A stretch of DNA of 53,920 nt from an uncultured bacterium (GTDB taxonomy: Bacteria; Fidelibacterota; Marinisomatia; Marinisomatales; J089), in NCBI GenBank assembly GCA_964549745.1, contig CAZJWP010000004.1, positions 1 to 53,920 of the forward strand, written 5' to 3'. Below the pieces are notes generated by a model that was not told the DNA's origin, made no database searches, and saw only the letters and a program-made list of their open reading frames with translations. Both the position numbers and the translations under genes were made by a program. Positions within the stretch are counted from its first letter, which is position 1. Each line of letters begins with the position of its first letter. Shown one piece after another: positions 47,807 through 53,920 of the stretch.

Positions 47807-50098
47807 ATGAAAAAATATCTATTTCTTCTAGTTACCGTTGTTTTAGCTCAGGCTCAAACCGTTCAGATCTTAAGTCCTGGGCCGAATGAAACAGCTATCG
47901 GGCCGGATATTCTTATTGCCACCTCGTTTTATGGTGTTCAGAATCTGGATCCACAACAGGTTCGGTTGGTCGTGGATGGATTTGATGTGACCGGCGGTGC
48001 AACAATAAATGGAGACATGCTTTCCTACCTTTCGGAATCTCTGAATCCCGGGAATCACACTGTTGTGGTAAAGCTTGGACCGGATGCGAATGGAACTCCG
48101 CAGAATACAAAGTGGTCCTTTAGAGTTGAGGGTGAAGAAGAAGCCAAATTTGATCTGGGCCTCAAGGGAAAATTGACCTCCGGGATGAATTACGATCAAA
48201 TTGATAACCAAACCCTTGGTGTAAGCCAGATGGGTTTGGTTTTAAATGGTCAGGCAACTGAGTGGATCAAATTCAATACGAATATTAAACTCACCAGTGA
48301 AGAAGATCCGTTACTTCAACCGCGGAACAAATATACCTTGGGCCTGGACTTTGGAAATTGGGGACATCTGGTTGTGGGTGATGCCAACCCGCGCCTGAGT
48401 CAGTTTACGGCTTACGGCAAAAGAGTTCGCGGCTTTGACTTACGGTTGGATTTAGGACCATTGGGCATTCATTATTCCAAAGGACAGATCAATCGTGCAG
48501 TTCAGGGTGCAAAAAATGATGCCTATTCCTGGGATAAGTTTTCGCTGGAAGAAGGGGTAAACAAAATTATACTGGATCGACGCGGATATACATTCCGGCA
48601 AAATATGGATGCTTTTCGTCTTTCCATCGGGAAAGGTGTTTATGGCCAATGGGGTTTGAATCTGGTTAAAATCAGAGACGACAAGAATAGCGTTGTACAG
48701 GACATGTCATCCGCCATTTTGACGTTAGATTCGGATACCCTGGGTTTATCTGCTGGCCAATATACATTATCCGATTTACTGGCAAAGGACGATTTGGCAA
48801 ATTATGATATTTCGCTTCGTGATCCGGTGAACTGGACCGGCGACACGCCGCAGGATAATCTGGTCATTGGTTCGGATTTGGGGATCTACCTGAATCACAA
48901 ACGGATTGCCCTTGAGGGTGAAGTCGCTTTCAGCTTATTGAATCGGAATATTTGGGACGGCGCGATTTCGAAGACGGCTCTGGACACATTGATGGATGAC
49001 TCCACCGATAATTCAATTGCGGGTATTTTTGATTTGGGTACTATTCCGATTAATCCACAGGACATCTCCAACATTTTCATCATTAACCAATATATGTCAC
49101 CGCTTATCCCAATTGATGTGGGCCTTTTTGCGGATTCTGCGACCGTCACCGCAACTCAGGCAATCTTTTCTATGCCGTCTCTTGCCCTTCGGGGAAAAGC
49201 ATCGCTGAATTATTTTGGAAATCTGTTTACGATCAATTATTCCCAAGTCGGTCCAAACTTCAATTCATTAGCGAACCCCTATTTATTGAAGGATAATCGT
49301 GAATGGGGAATCAATGACAAATTCCGGATGATGGAAAATCGGCTTATGTTAACATTTGGTTATAAACATCAATCCAATGATATTTTACTGACCGTAACCC
49401 ATCCCAAGGTTCAACAGACATACAGCTCCAATATCAATTATCTTCCGGGTCCGGATTTACCTTCGGTGAATTTGACGTTACGTCAAATCAACCGGTCCAA
49501 TGGAATTACCGCAATTGATACGGTGATCTCCCAAACAACCGGGGATATTTCCTATGCGGACAGCCGTGAAGACAACAAGACCACGAATGTTATTGCAACC
49601 GTCTCCCAGCGATTAGAATTGTTTGATGTATCCAATACGTTGTCAGCCAATATTGTGATCATGAATAAACAGGATCAACTTGGAAATCGAAATCTGGATA
49701 CTACCTGGATTGATCCCCGGGTTGTGGCCAATGTTTACACGTTCAATATTATGACTCGGTACAATATTCCACTTAAAACAAATATTTCACTTTCATCCAC
49801 ACACAGCGAATTCAATACAAGTCACTCGGATGTAGCAAAGCAGGACTTGACGAAATTCAGCCTGGGCGGTGAATATTCGGGATTTTTTAAGAACACAATG
49901 TCAATTCTTGGCGGCGCTAATATTGCAAATGGATCCGGCAATACGGAATTCTCGTGGATTGGATTCAAGGGTGGCGTACGGTGGCGGATAATTAACAATC
50001 TCTCTTTGAACGCCACCGGCGAATACCGAATCAAGAATACACCTGGCGGGTCTTCCAATTCCACCATTGGTCAGGCAAATTTGACCTATATTTTCTGA
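47807..50098 (+). CDS. Hypothetical large outer-membrane beta-barrel protein with N-terminal Ig-like domain
   Basis: Starts 2 nt after the upstream stop. Signal peptide ...VVLA/QAQTV. N-terminal Ig-like segment (VQILSPGPNE...VRLVVDGFDV...GNHTVVVKL). About 650 aa of alternating beta pattern ending GQANLTYIF. Confidence 0.55.
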   Translation: MKKYLFLLVTVVLAQAQTVQILSPGPNETAIGPDILIATSFYGVQNLDPQQVRLVVDGFDVTGGATINGDMLSYLSESLNPGNHTVVVKLGPDANGTPQNTKWSFRVEGEEEAKFDLGLKGKLTSGMNYDQIDNQTLGVSQMGLVLNGQATEWIKFNTNIKLTSEEDPLLQPRNKYTLGLDFGNWGHLVVGDANPRLSQFTAYGKRVRGFDLRLDLGPLGIHYSKGQINRAVQGAKNDAYSWDKFSLEEGVNKIILDRRGYTFRQNMDAFRLSIGKGVYGQWGLNLVKIRDDKNSVVQDMSSAILTLDSDTLGLSAGQYTLSDLLAKDDLANYDISLRDPVNWTGDTPQDNLVIGSDLGIYLNHKRIALEGEVAFSLLNRNIWDGAISKTALDTLMDDSTDNSIAGIFDLGTIPINPQDISNIFIINQYMSPLIPIDVGLFADSATVTATQAIFSMPSLALRGKASLNYFGNLFTINYSQVGPNFNSLANPYLLKDNREWGINDKFRMMENRLMLTFGYKHQSNDILLTVTHPKVQQTYSSNINYLPGPDLPSVNLTLRQINRSNGITAIDTVISQTTGDISYADSREDNKTTNVIATVSQRLELFDVSNTLSANIVIMNKQDQLGNRNLDTTWIDPRVVANVYTFNIMTRYNIPLKTNISLSSTHSEFNTSHSDVAKQDLTKFSLGGEYSGFFKNTMSILGGANIANGSGNTEFSWIGFKGGVRWRIINNLSLNATGEYRIKNTPGGSSNSTIGQANLTYIF

Positions 50099-50151
50099 TC
50101 AGACCTCTATTTTACCCCGAATCTCACGTTGTTTCGGCTTAATTTTTCCGA

Positions 50152-50943
50152 ATGAAAAACGACCTATCACTTGCAATTGAAGCGGCTCGCGAAGCCGGAA
50201 GCCTCATTCTCAATTACTATAAAGCTGATTATGAAATCCGGGATAAAGGTTACCATAATCCTGTCACCACAGCCGATAACGCCTCAGACACTCGGATAAA
50301 ACAAATACTGATGGAAGCACGACCGGGATATGGTTGGTTATCGGAAGAAACGGTAGACAGCAAAGAGCGACTTGAGCGGGATCGAGTTTGGGTTGTGGAT
50401 CCTTTGGATGGAACCAAAGAATTCATTGAAGGAGTTCCGCATTTTGTTGTCAGTATTGCCCTTGTTGAAAACGAAACACCAATAGTTGGGATCCTTTACA
50501 ATCCGGTTACAAAAGAACTTTTCACAGCCTATTCCGGGGGTGGCGCATTTCTTGATGGGCAACCCATCCACTGCGCCAGCAAAGCCGATCCGGGTGAGAT
50601 GGTGATCCTGAACAGTCGGTCCGAAACCCGGCGTGGACTATGGGAACCTTATAAGAACACATTCAAAGAATTACGTGCGATTGGTTCCGTTGCCTATAAG
50701 CTGGGACTGACTGCCGCCGGGAAAGCGGATATTTTTGCCTCACTTCGCCCCAAAAACGAATGGGACATTTGTGCCGGACATTGTTTATTGAAGGAAGCCG
50801 GCGGTGATTTGATGACGATCAAAGGCGAGCCTATTCGTTATAATCAACCGAAAACACTCATTACTCCGGGACTGATCGGTGGGAATCTGGATATTCTTGA
50901 TTCAACTTTAGACGTTTTTCAGGAGGACAAAATTCTGCAATGA
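50152..50943 (+). CDS. cysQ: 3'(2'),5'-bisphosphate nucleotidase / inositol monophosphatase family
   Basis: Motifs SEE, WVVDPLDGTKEFIEG (CysQ-like DPLDGTKEF) and EWDICAGHCLLKEAGG. Confidence 0.75.
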   Translation: MKNDLSLAIEAAREAGSLILNYYKADYEIRDKGYHNPVTTADNASDTRIKQILMEARPGYGWLSEETVDSKERLERDRVWVVDPLDGTKEFIEGVPHFVVSIALVENETPIVGILYNPVTKELFTAYSGGGAFLDGQPIHCASKADPGEMVILNSRSETRRGLWEPYKNTFKELRAIGSVAYKLGLTAAGKADIFASLRPKNEWDICAGHCLLKEAGGDLMTIKGEPIRYNQPKTLITPGLIGGNLDILDSTLDVFQEDKILQ

Positions 50944-51902
50944 GTACTGAATTTCCTGAAGGTGCAATACCTTGTCTGGACAAAGGATTTGTCCGATTGG
51001 TCGATAGTATGGGTGGCGACGATGCCATCGTTCAGGCCGCTCGTGTAAGTTACGGAAAGGGAACCCGGAAGGTCACGCAGGACCGGGGATTGATTCGCTA
51101 TTTGATGCGGCATCGGCATACAACGCCTTTCGAAATGGTGGAATTTAAATTTCATTGCAAGATGCCCATCTTCGTGGCCAGGCAATGGGTGCGGCACCGG
51201 ACAGCCAATATCAATGAATACAGTCTGAGATATTCGGAAGCACGGGATGATTTTTACATTCCCGATAAGGATGACATTCATTTCCAAAGTAAGGTCAATA
51301 GACAGGGCCGGGATCTCACCGATGTTCCTGATGATTTGAAAGAAAAAGTAATCCGGTATTTCGAAGAGATGAGCGAGAGAAGTTTTTCATTGTACCAGGA
51401 ATTAAATGAAGCCGGTATTGCCCGGGAATTGGCCCGTGCCATTCTGCCGGTAAATATTTATACGGAATGGTACTGGAAAAATGATCTGCATAATACGCTG
51501 CATTTCCTGCATCTTCGGATGGATTCCCATGCCCAATATGAAATCCGTGTTTATGCCAATGCGATGGCAAAATTTGTAGAGGAAATTGCTCCGATTGCAT
51601 TTGAAGCATTCATGGACTACGTAGTGAATGGAATGAGGTTCACGGGAACGGAAAGATCAATATTTACCCGCAATTTACCACAGCGAATTCTGGATGAAGT
51701 CCACGAAGATGTTGTTTACAAAATCGTTGCAACACTTCACAAAAATAAGCCTCGTGAAGCCGATGAACTATTTAAACTATATCAAACAAATGGAGGACAG
51801 GACAGTCAAAGTGATTTTGAACTGAAATGGAATTCCGGAGAGGTGGAACCAGGTAACGTTAGGGAGTTGAGAGAGTTTAAGGAGAAGTTGGGCACACTTT
51901 AA
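50940..51902 (+). CDS. thyX: FAD-dependent thymidylate synthase ThyX (with about 70-aa C-terminal extension)
   Basis: ATGA overlap with cysQ. Motifs RHRHTTPFEMVEFKF and ARQWVRHRTANINEYSLRYS (the ThyX RHRxxS motif). Confidence 0.92.
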   Translation: MSTEFPEGAIPCLDKGFVRLVDSMGGDDAIVQAARVSYGKGTRKVTQDRGLIRYLMRHRHTTPFEMVEFKFHCKMPIFVARQWVRHRTANINEYSLRYSEARDDFYIPDKDDIHFQSKVNRQGRDLTDVPDDLKEKVIRYFEEMSERSFSLYQELNEAGIARELARAILPVNIYTEWYWKNDLHNTLHFLHLRMDSHAQYEIRVYANAMAKFVEEIAPIAFEAFMDYVVNGMRFTGTERSIFTRNLPQRILDEVHEDVVYKIVATLHKNKPREADELFKLYQTNGGQDSQSDFELKWNSGEVEPGNVRELREFKEKLGTL

Positions 51903-51924
51903 TCCGAATGATTTGTTTTCTTTG

Positions 51925-51952
51925 ACTCCCAATTCCCGGGAGTTTATTTTTT
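51925..51952 (+). terminator. Rho-independent terminator after thyX
   Basis: ACTCCC-aattccc-GGGAGT followed by TTATTTTTTG, 22 nt after the stop. Confidence 0.75.
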
Positions 51953-52004
51953 GTGTGCTATTTAAATCGATTCAATCTGAATTCTAACACTATACGAGGT
52001 TGAT

Positions 52005-52676
52005 ATGGATATTTCTCCCGGCCACCGCCAACGTCTTCGTGACCGTTTTTTGCAAGGCGGGCTCTCTGGTTTTCAGGATTATGAGGTTATCGAATTACTC
52101 CTGGCAATCGGCACACCCCGAAAAGACTGCAAGCCCATCGCCAAAGTGGCGCTGAAACGCTTCCGATCGCTACGTGCTGTTTTAGAAGCCGATCCTGACC
52201 AATTAAAGAAAATACCAGGGATTGGCCCCAACAATATTTTCGGGATTAAATTGATCCAGGCTGTATCGCGGCGCTACCTGGAAGACCGCGTAATTGGGAC
52301 TCCTTTTGTAAAATCATCCGAGGATGTTCTTCAGTACCTGCGCCATTCCATGCGCGATCAGACCCGCGAACACTTTATGTGTCTCTACTTAAACGGCAGG
52401 AATCAGATCATGGAGAGTAAAGTGCTATTTGAAGGGTCGCTCACTTCATCTGCGGTTTATCCCCGGGAAGTCATCAAATCGGCTTTGGCCGAAAATGCGG
52501 CAGCGCTGGTTTTTGTGCACAACCATCCCAGCGGGAATCCCAACCCAAGCAAAGAAGACAGAGAGATCACACATCGGTTAAACACGGCTGCAAAAGCTTT
52601 GGATATCACCGTCCATGATCACCTGATTATTGCCGGTAATTCTGTCTTTTCCTTTGCCGATCACGGATTACTCTAA
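52005..52676 (+). CDS. radC: RadC-family JAB/MPN domain protein
   Basis: GAGG lies before the ATG. HhH region (KKIPGIGPNNI). JAMM motif (HNHPSGNPNPSKEDREITHRL). Confidence 0.9.
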   Translation: MDISPGHRQRLRDRFLQGGLSGFQDYEVIELLLAIGTPRKDCKPIAKVALKRFRSLRAVLEADPDQLKKIPGIGPNNIFGIKLIQAVSRRYLEDRVIGTPFVKSSEDVLQYLRHSMRDQTREHFMCLYLNGRNQIMESKVLFEGSLTSSAVYPREVIKSALAENAAALVFVHNHPSGNPNPSKEDREITHRLNTAAKALDITVHDHLIIAGNSVFSFADHGLL

Positions 52677-52757
52677 ATCCGGTTAAAGTTGCCACGGGTG
52701 TTGGCCCTGCGATAAATTTGAGTTCGTAAAATTTTGGTTAAACCAACATCCTCTCCC

Positions 52758-53920
52758 ATGACTACACATTTGTTTAAATCCGGTCCGCAAACGGACCAAC
52801 CCAGATCCGATTTAAGAGTCAGCTACAAACCCGGAAATCAGCCGCTCACCATTCAACTTACCAGTAAAGTTGCCGCCAATTTTGGCGATTCAATTCACCG
52901 GCAGGCAGCGGAAAAATGCAAATCGATGGACGTAACCTCCGGGACACTCTCATTGGAGGACTTTGGCGCTTTTCCTTTCGTGATCGACGCCCGGATCGAA
53001 TCCGTACTCAGACGCGCTTTCCCTGAGAAAAGACCGGATAGCGTAAAGTACAAGGAAACTTCGCCTGGAAGTACTCGCGACCGATTACGCCGTAGCCGGC
53101 TTTATATTCCCGGGAACCAACCCAAGCTGATGGTGAACGCTTACATCCATGAACCGGATGGCATAATTCTGGATCTGGAAGATTCTGTGGGGCTTTCCGA
53201 AAAACCATCCGCACGGCTGATCGTCCGGAATGCACTTCGCACCCTGAACTTTGGTGAATCGGAACGCATGGTACGCATTAATCAAGGCGAACTTGGAGAA
53301 GCAGATTTACAGGAACTGGTTTCGGAGAATGTGGATTTATTCCTGGTTCCCAAAGTGGAATCGGTAGAACAAATTCTCAAAGTTGAAAAGCTGATTGAGG
53401 AATTGTGTAAATCATGCAGTCTATCCAAACTTCCTTTTTTGATGCCCATTCTGGAAAGCGCAAAGGGAATTCTCCACGCTGAGGAAATAGCAAGCGCATC
53501 AAAGAATATTGTCGCATTAGCCATTGGATTGGAAGATTACACCGCTGACTTAGGTGTCCCCCGGACTCCTGAAGGGAAAGAATCGCTTTGGGCGCGGAGT
53601 ACGCTGGTCAATGCTGCCCGGTCAGCCGGGATACAGGCTATTGACACGGTCTATAGTGATATTCAGGATGAAGAAGGGCTGCGTAATTCAGTGCGGGAAG
53701 CGAAGAGTCTTGGGTTTGATGGAAAAGGCTGTATTCACCCGCGGCAAATCCGACCGGTCCATGAGGAGTTTGCACCAAGTCCGGAGGAAATTAAAAAAGC
53801 CAAGGCCATCGTTGCTGCCTACAAGGAGGCGGAAGAAAAAGGACTGGGTGTAGTGTCCTTGGGAAATAAGATGATTGATCCTCCGGTGGTGAAGCGTGCT
53901 TTACAAACATTGAAAAATGC
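52758..53920 (+). CDS. Fusion of citrate lyase acyl carrier protein (CitD-like) and citrate/citryl-CoA lyase beta subunit (CitE, HpcH/HpaI aldolase fold); 3'-truncated by the window edge
   Basis: Absent from the ORF track because no stop is reached; I translated it by hand from the ATG at 52758. The N-terminus resembles CitD (RSDLRVSY...LTSKVAANFGDSI...LEDFGAFPFVIDARIESVLRRA). This is followed by CitE motifs (RRSRLYIPGNQPKLM, DGIILDLEDSV, RINQ, LVPKVES, MPILESAKGI, AIGLEDYTADLG, FDGKGCIHPRQI). Confidence 0.75.
   Translation, partial: MTTHLFKSGPQTDQPRSDLRVSYKPGNQPLTIQLTSKVAANFGDSIHRQAAEKCKSMDVTSGTLSLEDFGAFPFVIDARIESVLRRAFPEKRPDSVKYKETSPGSTRDRLRRSRLYIPGNQPKLMVNAYIHEPDGIILDLEDSVGLSEKPSARLIVRNALRTLNFGESERMVRINQGELGEADLQELVSENVDLFLVPKVESVEQILKVEKLIEELCKSCSLSKLPFLMPILESAKGILHAEEIASASKNIVALAIGLEDYTADLGVPRTPEGKESLWARSTLVNAARSAGIQAIDTVYSDIQDEEGLRNSVREAKSLGFDGKGCIHPRQIRPVHEEFAPSPEEIKKAKAIVAAYKEAEEKGLGVVSLGNKMIDPPVVKRALQTLKN

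Noticed and set aside
53008-53853. Short ORFs on both strands at the right end (53008-53235, 53085-53285, 53282-53524 minus; 53554-53853 plus).
   Set aside because: All lie within or out of frame to the open-ended CitD-CitE reading frame, which has strong motif support.

Overview
This 53.9-kb chromosomal window carries about 38 protein-coding genes. I found no rRNA, tRNA, CRISPR array, transposase, integrase or recognisable defence genes. All calls rest on motif recognition in the supplied translations and on reading the DNA; no homology search was possible. The organism looks like a member of the FCB superphylum: it has type IX secretion (T9SS) genes and several proteins with 'YPNPFNP...' C-terminal sorting domains (CTDs). 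It also uses clear Shine-Dalgarno sites (GGAGG before several starts), which argues against classical Bacteroidetes. Layout: (i) 0.9-13.2 kb is a tightly coupled operon headed by the T9SS translocon gene sprA. It is followed by a glutaminyl cyclase, a lipoprotein, a PorZ-like propeller with a CTD, two PorV/PorQ-family barrels and a divergent polysaccharide deacetylase. (ii) 13.4-21.1 kb encodes three T9SS cargo proteins: an EEP nuclease/phosphatase with a lamin-tail domain, an unknown 733-aa protein, and a 1186-aa protein built of repeated OB-fold-like modules. (iii) 21.2-29.0 kb is a five-gene coupled operon: lipoprotein, TonB-dependent receptor, PorV-like barrel, NHL-repeat lipoprotein, secreted protein. 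(iv) 29-33 kb holds an outer-membrane (OM) barrel, a TPR protein and the housekeeping genes nudF-like, queG and elbB. (v) 33.0-38.3 kb on the minus strand is an ECF sigma / HEAT-repeat anti-sigma operon with DUF4097 (toast-rack type) proteins and a beta-helix/Omp85-like barrel protein. (vi) 38.4-45.8 kb is core housekeeping: mdh, rpmA, rplU, rng, metH. (vii) 45.9-50.1 kb is an uncharacterised triad of a secreted protein, a periplasmic FecR-domain protein and a 763-aa OM barrel. (viii) The window ends with cysQ, thyX, radC and a CitD-CitE fusion that runs off the edge and is missing from the ORF track. The best candidates for an undescribed system are the TonB-receptor/PorV-like/NHL operon together with the adjacent cargo cluster, the ECF-controlled toast-rack/barrel operon, and the FecR triad. 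A striking sequence-level pattern is Gln at the predicted +1 position of about 15 of 19 signal peptides, alongside a glutaminyl cyclase gene placed directly after sprA.
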